DNA of 32,000 nt. Origin: Candidatus Fokinia solitaria. Lineage in GTDB: Bacteria; Pseudomonadota; Alphaproteobacteria; Rickettsiales; Midichloriaceae. This document shows, in pieces, positions 19,301 to 28,022 of the stretch. The notes beneath the pieces were generated by a model, which was not told the DNA's origin, searched no databases, and saw only the letters and a program-made list of their open reading frames with translations. The position numbers and the translations under genes are program-made. The stretch is taken from contig NZ_CP025989.1 in assembly GCF_003072485.1 (NCBI RefSeq), positions 450,001-482,000 of the forward strand, given 5' to 3'. The first letter of the stretch is position 1. Each line of letters begins with the position of its first letter.

Positions 19301-19832
19301 TAGCGCCTTGAGGATAAGAAAACGTACTTGAAGCTTGTTGCGGAGGAGGAGTATAATCCGAAGACAATAAGACTGCATTAGGACATCCAGCAGCAGAAAT
19401 AGCATTACCATAGTAGTACTGCGACACTGTCTCACTTGTACCAGTACAATCGTATGTACTACTACTAGTACTTTTATTATATTGCGAAGCACATATCGTA
19501 CTGCTATCTGATACAATAATAGAATCTGCTATTTCCATTACTGGATTTCCTACGTAAGGTAATCCCTGCACACAATACGAATAGCATGCAGAAAAATTTT
19601 GCTGATCTATATCTTGATTAAAAATACTGCAATTGCTGTTGCAAGAATCTTGACATCCATGCGGAGTTACGACCATTACCTCCTGAGGTAATGCACGATT
19701 GTCGTATCCAAAAATGCATTTTGAATAAATCGATAACTCTTCTCCTATTGAATATCTAGGAAGTACTATACAGCCGATAAAAAACAACGCAAAAAAGCAC
19801 TTCCACTCAAGCAGGTATTTTATATATGACAA
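16305..19832 (-). CDS. Giant membrane protein: signal/lipobox start, Cys- and S/T/N/G-rich ectodomain, C-terminal polytopic VirB6/TrbL-like domain
   Basis: Uninterrupted 1175-codon ORF with a TTG start at 19832. N-terminus LFFIGC. Residues about 30-850 are hydrophilic, with more than 20 Cys and Ser/Thr runs (SSSSGTSSSTVTSSTASSNTISSS). Residues about 855-1135 (nt about 16430-17270) hold at least 6 hydrophobic helices. Two helices precede a Trp-containing loop of about 75 aa (TLETWYVLTSQNTWLKVWS), followed by a helix cluster. The VirB6/TrbL resemblance rests on topology only. Confidence 0.8.
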   Translation of the reverse strand: MSYIKYLLEWKCFFALFFIGCIVLPRYSIGEELSIYSKCIFGYDNRALPQEVMVVTPHGCQDSCNSNCSIFNQDIDQQNFSACYSYCVQGLPYVGNPVMEIADSIIVSDSSTICASQYNKSTSSSTYDCTGTSETVSQYYYGNAISAAGCPNAVLLSSDYTPPPQQASSTFSYPQGAKYSEMEMKITFEKNSTVCPNGNLYVTLLPIMSNLFQRAPEAVTGGNAAANAINNNIYNRALNFSFAAKAINAVTNFGTSSSDASAMGEWCPDIDSFQSCLGQSSSSGTSSSTVTSSTASSNTISSSAVQQNMMHPCFAGLISSQPTIANSSVMGTSNVVTYLYNVDLSYIYGSDIYNPQANTSHTLNTIVSEVNSDNIANLINPIVGCFPEWRLNGPAVPIARSISEEAIPLQAGDDFSVTWGGDVFVTGILYNENGLLMPLGTLNTTGSNTEPLQNNITDLRDLVYAVMIGDASTTTNVLLQYNAAVSSCKKLPPSVSISISSLLQQLTALTISSQGTANPLTMMSFSSKSNDSCGSYKYCRTKGSGIFEFCTKSEQTILGLNGSVQQTGYKIQTGTKSQDRKEEKGDVFHCKHVLDPGLPVYTFSGKINTTLPNPSIQMPSTYVQGNDFSAPPQSASHSFKAAQCYNSSSSTGYLGFAGGYQATIQWCGNPQVNGQGLQIAIADPSISTDSLQWNDLSAAASATSNTISIGGAKSNFVVTNISNGMVTIGESGIGGENIGEGTLDADINYNIYFRLDPKLYKPTINSNGYITYPPTGQYNIGISQGYRGSATLSNGTAPQNISWPQKVIKKLLTLMFGSNICSIAQSNESTAQESASNTDIGAVWIIMNGANTVISRYIPIIIIIAIMVAGIGFLAGTTKVTTSEVMAVIARLIIVVLLVQPNTILQNTVTSGSKNSTLSELVARTSICSGVIAASYVTPSISSVDGKYQYTPSLNGIFEVTLETWYVLTSQNTWLKVWSLAGIGLSGLMFAGVMVAGLVYSLILVCFTMLTYIYLVIGLAAVTAPMPLFAICLLFSSTRTMAYQYGKKFICFALYNVVLSAGVTLIDVVITTIILSALSFTICDAVYQLKILVFHIPVTSWVPLLTVHSPVGSSTLLPLAAVEGGIALCAVGHMGTEFVQQLLRIVDKIVDPYGGSSDIVLRGVNRIVDRVKGKE

Positions 19833-19938
19833 GAGCTTGAAAAATCACCGCTGATGTACTAGATTGTAGCCACACTTTGTGCAATGCGCAATATCACTAT
19901 CGGTATTGTCTGCACGTTAACAGATTATTGTATAGAGG

Positions 19939-20544
19939 ATGTACGAGAGTTCTTATTATACAGATGAGCAGTATCGCAAGCCCTGCATACTGGTAGGTCA
20001 AAAACGCGAAACTACGGGAACTTCTGATGCAAAGAAGCTACGCAATGAAGGCGCAATTCCCGTAGCTGTATATACAAGAGAAGCAAGCGCTTTGTTATTT
20101 TCCGTTTCGCAAAAAGAATTGGAATTAGCAGTAAGTAAGAGATTATTGGATTCGAGAATTTTGTACATCAAGGTAGACGGATCTGAGCAAGTTGTAAAAT
20201 CCGTTATAAAATGTGTCCATAGAAATCCGATTACAGAACGCATCATCTCTTTGGAGATGCAGAAATTCTCTGATGGTGAAAGAATTCGAATGCCGCTAAA
20301 TGTAAAAGTCATAGATCATTTGCTTTCACCAGGAGTAAAAAAAGGAGGTTTTCCATACTTGCATCATAGAACTGTAGATTGCTATTGCGATTCTGCAAAT
20401 ATTCCTAATTACGTTCAGCTAAGCGTAACAGGTATGGAAGTAGGAGATGTAAAATATTCATCTGATATAGTATTACCAGATGGAATAACGCTTTCTACTT
20501 TCAATAATTTGCGCGTTCTCACTGTATACGGTAAAAAAGGATAA
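19939..20544 (+). CDS. rplY: 50S ribosomal protein L25 / general stress protein Ctc
   Basis: GTSDAKKLRNEGAIPVAVY (L25 N-terminal signature) and two-domain Ctc length (201 aa). Confidence 0.85.
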   Translation: MYESSYYTDEQYRKPCILVGQKRETTGTSDAKKLRNEGAIPVAVYTREASALLFSVSQKELELAVSKRLLDSRILYIKVDGSEQVVKSVIKCVHRNPITERIISLEMQKFSDGERIRMPLNVKVIDHLLSPGVKKGGFPYLHHRTVDCYCDSANIPNYVQLSVTGMEVGDVKYSSDIVLPDGITLSTFNNLRVLTVYGKKG

Positions 20545-20548
20545 TGCC

Positions 20549-21550
20549 ATGGCCAAAGAACTCTTAAAAGAGCTTTTCACAAAGGGATGCTTTTTGTTCT
20601 TGGATAAAGCACAAGGGTTCTCGTCACATAATGCTTTGTACTCCTTGCGGAGACTTGTAGAAGATCTGTGTCTACCAATAAAATTAAAAGTTGGACACGG
20701 CGGTACACTGGATCCTCTCGCCTCTGGCATACTACTTGTTGCAATAGGAAAAGCCACAAAACTTCTAGAATATTGTCCTTCTTTTAGAAAGTCATACGAT
20801 TGCATTGTGGAGTGGCAAAAAGAAACAGATACAGATGATGCCATGGGAAAAGTAGTAAAATCATGCGAACAAGTTCCAACTGAAGAAGAGATAGTGAGGA
20901 TTTTACCATCTTTTAAGGGTACTGTCTCTCAAGTCCCTCCTGATTTCTCGGCAATCAAGGTAGATGGAGTAAGGTTATATCAAAAAGCTAGAAATGGTCA
21001 AAAAATCACAAAAAAACCGAGACTTGTACAGTGTTACGATATAAAATTGGAGAAAATTATCGCACAGACAAAAGCGAGGTTTAAAATAGAGTGTGGAAGT
21101 GGATATTATGTACGGTCTTTTGCAAAAGAAATAGCAAGAAAGCTCAATACTTATGGAAATGTGCATGCTTTACGCAGAACAGATATCGGTACATTTACCA
21201 TCTCAGATACTTTATCTCAAAAGTTCATTTACACGCTATGGCGAGGGATAAAAGACGCTACTTTAGATAAAGAACTTACAGAATACGGCTTACACCTGCT
21301 ATGTAAAAGTCTCATACCTGTAAGTACATTATTTAATCACTTCTCTCACTACGTATATGATGGCGATTACGATACTTCCTTTCCACTTGATTACACTAAG
21401 TTACGTATAACACATCAGCCTCCATCGACTATATCACCACTTATCGGCGATTATTCAGAAAAAGCCGTTTTATTCTCAAAGCAAAATGAATTGATTGCCG
21501 TCTTAAATATAGTTGATGATAATCTTAAGGTAGAAAAGCTACTCTTCTAA
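20549..21550 (+). CDS. truB: tRNA pseudouridine(55) synthase
   Basis: VGHGGTLDPLASGILLVAIGKATKL with the catalytic Asp, and QVPPDFSAIKVDGVRLYQKARNG. Confidence 0.93.
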   Translation: MAKELLKELFTKGCFLFLDKAQGFSSHNALYSLRRLVEDLCLPIKLKVGHGGTLDPLASGILLVAIGKATKLLEYCPSFRKSYDCIVEWQKETDTDDAMGKVVKSCEQVPTEEEIVRILPSFKGTVSQVPPDFSAIKVDGVRLYQKARNGQKITKKPRLVQCYDIKLEKIIAQTKARFKIECGSGYYVRSFAKEIARKLNTYGNVHALRRTDIGTFTISDTLSQKFIYTLWRGIKDATLDKELTEYGLHLLCKSLIPVSTLFNHFSHYVYDGDYDTSFPLDYTKLRITHQPPSTISPLIGDYSEKAVLFSKQNELIAVLNIVDDNLKVEKLLF

Positions 21551-21639
21551 TTCGAAGATTTTCGTTATTTTATCTTCTCATCACACATCTTTGCAGCTAG
21601 ACTGCAGAATGCATAATTTAGTGCTAATAGATTATTTCT

Positions 21640-23529
21640 TTGAATAGAAAAATTAGAATACTCTCACCGCAATCTATTAGTAAGATTGCTGCAGGTGAAG
21701 TAATAGAGAATTCGCTATCAGTGATAAAAGAGCTTGTAGAGAATTCTATAGATTCCAAAGCAACTGAGATCGTTGTCACAGTTAAAGATGCAGGAAAGTC
21801 TTTTATATCAGTTTCCGATAACGGATGTGGTATTGAAAAAGATGAATTGCATATGGCCTTTATAAGGCATGCCACTTCAAAATTACAAGATGATAGTATT
21901 TATGATATACAATATCTTGGATTCAGAGGAGAAGCTTTAGCCTCCATACTTGCAGTATCTGATATTACAATCATAACAAAAACTGAAGAGGAAGATCATG
22001 CGTGGGAGTTATCTCTTTCTTCATTATCAGACGAGAAGAATGCACTACTCAACGACAACACGATCACAACAGAAATACAGGAAAAAATATCAAATCTCAT
22101 TACTCCTAAAAACAGAGCAAAAGGTACTACAATTGAAGTAAAAGGACTGTTCGCTCCTACACCGAATAAATTGCGATTTCTAAAAAATAATAATGCTGAA
22201 TTGCATAGCATATTGCAGTTTATGCACTCTATTGCTCTCGCATACCAAAATTGCAACTTTAAACTGTTTTCTGAATCAAAATTACTATTCGATACTACAA
22301 GAGATCAATTCGATGATGACATTTTGAAGCAAAGGATAATCGATATATTTGGCAACGAATTCACAAATAATATCGCTAAAGTTTCGTATACAGGATTTTC
22401 AAGAGAGATAAAAATAAACGGATATGTAACAATTCCTACTTATACTCCTTCAATAAGAAAGCAAAAATCCATTATCTTCGTAAATGGAAGACTCATTCAC
22501 GATTATAGTATAATCTGCTTTATCAAAGCAGCTTACAGCGGATTAATTGCGAATAACCTCAAGCCACTCGCGATACTTTTCATTGAAATTCCGCTACAAG
22601 ACGTAGATGTTAATATACATCCTCATAAGACGGAGGTAAAATTCAGCGATATAACTTCCATAAAAAATGCCGTAGTAAATGCGGTACGTGAAGCGTTATC
22701 TTCTCCGTACATCGCTCAATCTCTGACAGAAAATCAGCTATATTCAGGTTTTGATACATCTTATAACTTAAGTAATGAATACGAAGCGCGTGATAGCTAT
22801 AAACATAGCAATCAAGATAAACATGAAAGTACATTGCTACCTCTTTCAGCGCGGTATCCAATTGAAGATTTCACAGCAATGAACAAAGCAATCGAGGAGA
22901 GGATTACAGAGTCACAACTAGATGATAAACTATATTACTTTGGCAATCCTATATGTCAGATATCAAACTTGTTTATAATTTCTTATAACTCAAATACCGA
23001 TGATTTATTTGTAATAGAACAACATGCAGCACATGAAAGAGTAATGCTGGAAAAAATGAAAGATGCACTCCTTCACAAAAAAAAATTGAAGATGCAAAAT
23101 TTACTCTTACCTATTTCTACTGAGATATCAGGTACAGAAGCTATGATCATACTTGAACAGCACGATACATTGCTAAAATACGGCATCAAAATAAAGATGA
23201 TGCAAGATAAAATACACATTGTAGGTATACCGATTATATTACAGATTCTACCAAGCGTATCTCCACATGAAAAAGTGATTCAAATTCTAAATCATGTAAT
23301 ACAAAACTCAGCACTAGTAAAAGAAATTAGCGAAACTGCCATTATAGAGATATACAATGAAGTTGCTTGCCATAGCAGCATCTTAAAAGGTAAAAGCTTA
23401 TCCAAAGAAGAGATGTGTATACTATTACGAGAGATGGAAAGATACAATTTCACCGCACAATGTAATCATGGACGTCCAACATACATAAAGATAACACATG
23501 ACTTTTTATTAAAGATATTTCAAAGATGA
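21640..23529 (+). CDS. mutL: DNA mismatch repair protein MutL
   Basis: IRILSPQSISKIAAGEVIENSLSVIKELVENSIDS...DNGCGI...LGFRGEALASI...VDVNIHPHKTEVKF. C-terminal QHAAHERVMLE and CNHGRPT. TTG start at 21640. Confidence 0.93.
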   Translation: MNRKIRILSPQSISKIAAGEVIENSLSVIKELVENSIDSKATEIVVTVKDAGKSFISVSDNGCGIEKDELHMAFIRHATSKLQDDSIYDIQYLGFRGEALASILAVSDITIITKTEEEDHAWELSLSSLSDEKNALLNDNTITTEIQEKISNLITPKNRAKGTTIEVKGLFAPTPNKLRFLKNNNAELHSILQFMHSIALAYQNCNFKLFSESKLLFDTTRDQFDDDILKQRIIDIFGNEFTNNIAKVSYTGFSREIKINGYVTIPTYTPSIRKQKSIIFVNGRLIHDYSIICFIKAAYSGLIANNLKPLAILFIEIPLQDVDVNIHPHKTEVKFSDITSIKNAVVNAVREALSSPYIAQSLTENQLYSGFDTSYNLSNEYEARDSYKHSNQDKHESTLLPLSARYPIEDFTAMNKAIEERITESQLDDKLYYFGNPICQISNLFIISYNSNTDDLFVIEQHAAHERVMLEKMKDALLHKKKLKMQNLLLPISTEISGTEAMIILEQHDTLLKYGIKIKMMQDKIHIVGIPIILQILPSVSPHEKVIQILNHVIQNSALVKEISETAIIEIYNEVACHSSILKGKSLSKEEMCILLREMERYNFTAQCNHGRPTYIKITHDFLLKIFQR

Positions 23530-23584
23530 TAACTCTATGCTTATTGAACAAAAAAGCATTTCTTAGTATCATTCGGTAGTAGTT

Positions 23585-24370
23585 TTGGCTTTGCTGCTTT
23601 CAATGAACAGAATTTTCACACTATTCGCATTACTGATAGGTGTTCCCTTCTTTATATCTGGTTGTGGCAATCATGATGACGATACAATATCAGTTGCAGT
23701 ATCATCTCACTTACCTCCTTTTACTTTCATAGAATACGGACAGCTGAGAGGATTCGAAATAGATTTAATTACAGTCGCAGCAAGAAAGATGGGCAAGAGT
23801 GTAGCAGTAAAAGACGTTGGCACTTTTGATAATATGTTTTCTTTCGTAAAATCTGGAAAGGCTGATGTCGCAGTCGGTGCAATTACTATTGAAGATGCAC
23901 AAGCAAATTCTACCTTCCACTCAATCTCTTATATGTCAGGACAACTAGGAGTAGTGTTGAAAAAAGGAGTCTCGCTAGACAATATCAACTCTTTTATCGG
24001 AAGAAATATATCTACGCAAGAAGGTGTGATATATGAAAAATGGGCTAAAGAAAATTTCCGCGACTCAATTATTACAAAAAGAGGTAATCTCAGAATCTCT
24101 GCTGAAGAATTAGAAGAAGAAAAAATTCAGATGATTGTCACTAACTTACATACCGCTTGCAGAATCTCAAGACGTAGTTATTGGCTATATTGTGAGAGTA
24201 TACCAAATACTACGCATGAATACGTAATAATCACAAAAAATGATGATAAATTCATAAAAGAATTAAACGCAACTCTTCATAAAATGCAGGAAGATGGAGA
24301 AATGGAGACGATAATTAAAAGATGGAGGATGGATGCAGAACACCAGTGCGTAAATAGCAACGTCAATTAA
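23585..24370 (+). CDS. Amino-acid ABC transporter substrate-binding lipoprotein (SBP family 3)
   Basis: Lipobox FFISGC. PPFTFIEYGQLRGFEIDLITVAARKMG...SGKADVAVGAITI is typical of GlnH/ArtJ-type binding proteins. The likely start is the ATG at 23603. Confidence 0.85.
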   Translation: MALLLSMNRIFTLFALLIGVPFFISGCGNHDDDTISVAVSSHLPPFTFIEYGQLRGFEIDLITVAARKMGKSVAVKDVGTFDNMFSFVKSGKADVAVGAITIEDAQANSTFHSISYMSGQLGVVLKKGVSLDNINSFIGRNISTQEGVIYEKWAKENFRDSIITKRGNLRISAEELEEEKIQMIVTNLHTACRISRRSYWLYCESIPNTTHEYVIITKNDDKFIKELNATLHKMQEDGEMETIIKRWRMDAEHQCVNSNVN

Positions 24371-24466
24371 TTCACTTACATCGAATAGAGTATCTCACTA
24401 AAAATGAGGCGCACTATGGCTTTTTGAATGAAAATTGTGTAAGGTATCCTTCAAGTTTAGATCTTC

Positions 24467-25009
24467 TTGTTGTGCACTTTTATGTTCCTCTCCTTTTTTG
24501 CACGCATTTTGCCTGTATTAAGCATTATTTTGATAGGCTGCTCGAATGAAGGTGCAGTAGACATGTATCAAAACTCTTATGAAGGTGGAGTAGCAATACC
24601 AGGTAAAGTGATATCTGTAAGAAAGGTTATGATAGGAAATAAAAAACAAAATAGCACCAACAATACTATCGCAGGAAGTGCAGTAGGAGGCCTTGCTGGC
24701 GTAGGACTTGGACATAGTCCGGAAAGCGCATTATTAGGCGCTGTAATGGGAGGCGCTATCGGATATGCAGCTTCAGAAGCAGCAAGTGGTAATTATGATG
24801 GAAGCGAATACGTAGTAAAAATTGATACATCAGCTTTAAATCAAGAAGCAGTTACAATGGGAGGAAGCGCATTTCTTAGCACTGTTAATGCTATAAAATC
24901 AACAGGCTTAGTAGTGGTAGCGCAAAAAGATCGTCCAATCGCAGTAGGACGAAAGGTGTACGTTCTCATTGCAGGTAGTGGTAGTATGCGTGTGATTCCA
25001 GCAGAATAA
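24467..25009 (+). CDS. Glycine-zipper outer-membrane lipoprotein (SlyB / rickettsial 17-kDa-antigen-like)
   Basis: Lipobox LIGCSNEG. Glycine zipper GSAVGGLAGVGLGHSPESALLGAVMGGAIGYAAS. Confidence 0.8.
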   Translation: MLCTFMFLSFFARILPVLSIILIGCSNEGAVDMYQNSYEGGVAIPGKVISVRKVMIGNKKQNSTNNTIAGSAVGGLAGVGLGHSPESALLGAVMGGAIGYAASEAASGNYDGSEYVVKIDTSALNQEAVTMGGSAFLSTVNAIKSTGLVVVAQKDRPIAVGRKVYVLIAGSGSMRVIPAE

Positions 25010-25844
25010 TAGAAAGAACACTTAGCGTGATTAGCTTTAATATACTTTTGCCATAAACTGCCTACTGCAAAAAACGACTTGTGTATCATAATCAGTTTAT
25101 GATCACTGAGGTCGTGATTTTGCGGTACATGACAAATCAGCAACGCAATGCACTAACGGCACTACTGCAATCTTTTGTTATACTATTAGCATTTACCTTT
25201 CTCTTTCATGTCATAAAACATTTCTTTGAAGATAAGGAAAAATATAGTAAAGCAGTTTCCTTATTCAAGAAATGTGAAAACAAGATATCGACACTGACTT
25301 TTCTTCTATCTGTACTTTCAAAGGTATATAAGAAGAAACAAGTTGTATGTGCTCATAAATATTCTCTATTAAATAAATATTAATATCAAAATTTAACCTT
25401 ATAATATCAGCTCTTCTTTCCTTTCATAAAGCTATACTATAAGCAGTCATTTCTCGCTTTCTACTTTGAAATAAAGCGCAAACTAGACTTTATATCGCAT
25501 TTAGTATAATTGAGTTCTTCCACGCGATATTCCATAGGAAAAGAAGCACAATCCTACCTTGCCGATAATAATTTGATTCGAGAATGTTTTTTTAGTGCAA
25601 TACCTTCACCATTTCTGCATATCAGAAATTCGTAATAAATACACACTTCACTATTTTTTTTGCATCTCAAGGATTCTACTAATAATAAGCACAATGCCTT
25701 TGATCTTTCGATAAATCTCATTAAACTCCATTATCGAATCAGTGCGGCTAGACTGCCATTTATCTCCGCAGTATCAGATCTTATCATAAGAAACGAAGAA
25801 AATATTACCCTCTTCACTGTTTTATTGAGCATTAGCAACAATAT

Positions 25845-26951
25845 ATGAATACGCAACAAAAAGCACAACATAAAGCAATATTAGCGCAAGATAAAGCTAA
25901 ACAAAAACAAGAGAAGAGTAAGGTAAAAAGCTTTTTGCATCTTTGTTTTCTGATATTTTTCTGTACGTATCATAACTTGATTTTAGTAGCATTCGCATTT
26001 GCGACGTCAGATATGATATACAATCCTCTTGGCCATGTGATGGAGGAGTATAAAGAACAACAAACTAGAAACTTAGCAGTACTAACGCAGGCATTGCAGA
26101 TGCGGCGTCAAATGGAAGCAGATAGGCAGTATGAGGCGGATAAAGAGCGAGAGCTTGAGCAGTACAAAGCGGAGCATGATGAGATTGTAGCAATGCATGA
26201 AGCGGATAAATTGCAAGAAAAGAAGCAGCATGATGAGATTGTGGCAATGCATAAAGCGGATAAAGAACAGCAACAAGACAATTTTAATAGGAAATTTTTA
26301 TATAAAAGGATATCAGGCGCTAAAGAGGAATCACGAAAACAAGAGGTAGATCGAGTTAAAGCGATTGATGATCTGTTGGGCCTAATTAGCGCTTATGATA
26401 AAGCGAAAATTTTAAAAGGGCAGAATTTAGAAACTGGCACACTCTTTACCAATCGAAATAAAGCGTACAGAGATGCAAAAGATGTATCGGTAGATACAAA
26501 ACTCATGTTTGGCGGATATGATTTTTCTACTCCAGACACTAATCGTCTTGTGCGTAAAGCTGTTATCAAAATAAATAATTGGCTTCGGATTCCTTATTAC
26601 GATATAGGCCTTACTACAGAGTATGTGATATATATCGAAGCAATAGCTAATCAAATAAAGTACTATAGTCAGTTTTTAAGAGAAGCAAGCCCTGGACATT
26701 ATATCGATAGAGATGTGGAATTTGCTGCTTCACATTTGTCTGCAATAACTAATAAAATAGAAAATGGCATTACTCTTACGCGAGCTGATTGGAAGCGAAT
26801 GCAACAAGCAGTCAAGGCATTAGAAAATTATGCTGATAGAGTTGTGCGAAACATTCAAAATGAAGCACGGACAAAATATGGAAAGTCAGAAGATGCGGGT
26901 GTGATGCAAATGTATAATAATGTATTTGGCAGCTCAGATCCTGTGCAGTGA
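25845..26951 (+). CDS. Hypothetical membrane-anchored or secreted protein with internal 18-aa duplication
   Basis: 368-aa ORF with an ATG start. K/Q-rich N-terminus, then the hydrophobic segment FLHLCFLIFFCTYHNLILVAFAFA. Charged coiled-coil region containing the (E/Q)HDEIVAMH(E/K)ADK duplication. No family recognised. Confidence 0.6.
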   Translation: MNTQQKAQHKAILAQDKAKQKQEKSKVKSFLHLCFLIFFCTYHNLILVAFAFATSDMIYNPLGHVMEEYKEQQTRNLAVLTQALQMRRQMEADRQYEADKERELEQYKAEHDEIVAMHEADKLQEKKQHDEIVAMHKADKEQQQDNFNRKFLYKRISGAKEESRKQEVDRVKAIDDLLGLISAYDKAKILKGQNLETGTLFTNRNKAYRDAKDVSVDTKLMFGGYDFSTPDTNRLVRKAVIKINNWLRIPYYDIGLTTEYVIYIEAIANQIKYYSQFLREASPGHYIDRDVEFAASHLSAITNKIENGITLTRADWKRMQQAVKALENYADRVVRNIQNEARTKYGKSEDAGVMQMYNNVFGSSDPVQ

Positions 26952-27342
26952 GAAGAAAACGAGGCTACATCTTTACTCAAATAATATTAACTTTCTAGAA
27001 CGCAAGCTAACAGCGCGCCTATAGCAGCGAATAATGGCATCGTGCTATGAATGATGAGGATATATCGCTTCCTTAATAGAAATGTACTACCATCAATTAG
27101 TAAGATATCAACAAGCAATTTTACACACTAGCAACAGATGATAGATAGATTAACAAATTAAGAGAAGCGAAATAGCACAAAGATGATCTGATAAAGGAGG
27201 TAAATTAAGTAAGAGACTTATTAAATCTTTAATGACATCGGAAGACTTATGCACAAGAATTTTTCAATAAATACACTTCGTAATGACATAACTGCAAATA
27301 TTAAAAGAAATATGAAAAAACACTTATCGAACTTGAGCCACA

Positions 27343-27672
27343 GCAATGTGCTATGAATCTTACGATATAGAAGTAGATGAACTACCAAGGAGTAAGTTCG
27401 ATGCTACAGCAATGCGCTATGAATCTTACGATATAGAAGCAGATAAACCACCAAGGAGTAAGTTCGATACTATAGCAATGCGCTATGAATCTTACGATAT
27501 AGAAGTAGATAAACCACCAAGGAGTAAGTTCGATACTATAGCAATGCGCTATGAATCTTACGATATAGAAGTAGATAAACCACCAAGGAGTAAGTTCGAT
27601 ACTACAGCAACATGCTATGAATCTTACAATATAGAAGTAGATGAATCACCAAGGAGTAAGTTCAGCGCTATA
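27343..27672 (+). repeat. 66-bp tandem repeat, 5 copies
   Basis: Copies start at 27343, 27409, 27475, 27541 and 27607. Copies 2-4 differ from each other by 1-2 nt. The outer copies are more diverged. Confidence 0.95.
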
Positions 27673-27714
27673 GATAACAGCAAATTATTATGTAATATAG
27701 CAAAGTATAGTTAG
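27346..27714 (+). CDS. Possible tandem-repeat protein (22-aa unit MRYESYDIEVDKPPRSKFDTIA)
   Basis: An open frame runs through all five repeats plus a 14-codon unique tail. The ATG lies inside the first repeat, with an in-frame TGA 12 nt upstream and no evident RBS. All inter-copy differences I checked are nonsynonymous. Coding status is therefore uncertain. Confidence 0.35.
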   Translation: MCYESYDIEVDELPRSKFDATAMRYESYDIEADKPPRSKFDTIAMRYESYDIEVDKPPRSKFDTIAMRYESYDIEVDKPPRSKFDTTATCYESYNIEVDESPRSKFSAIDNSKLLCNIAKYS

Positions 27715-28022
27715 AGAGTATTTAGATACCTAACAGAACTATTAGCATCGCCGATAAAGAATTGGCGCAACAGCGAAAAGCTAAGTAATTCAGCTAGATC
27801 AGTACGTAATTTTCGATATACGCTTCGTTACTCCCTCTCTCATCGCAGCATCAAATGTTTGACACATCACTAGCCATATCAAGATACACATTGCGCCTAA
27901 ATAAGACAAACATGAACAAATATGACTGTACTAGAAGAAGTGTACGGCACTTCTACAATAAAATCGCACAGCACGAAAACCCTAATTAGTAACTTTCGCA
28001 CTTTCTTCGCGTCAATCCTCTC

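Noticed and set aside
23537-23563. A weak hairpin atgctt-N11-aagcat followed by ttctt, after mutL.
   Set aside because: It has a 6-bp AT-rich stem, a large loop and a poor T-tract. That is not enough to call a terminator.
25081-25383. A 100-aa ORF (or 84 aa from the ATG at 25129) with one hydrophobic segment. Also the 62-aa ORF at 25660-25848.
   Set aside because: There is no RBS and no family signature, and the context is AT-rich. I could not support either as a gene, and both are noted only under the gene-poor-region finding.
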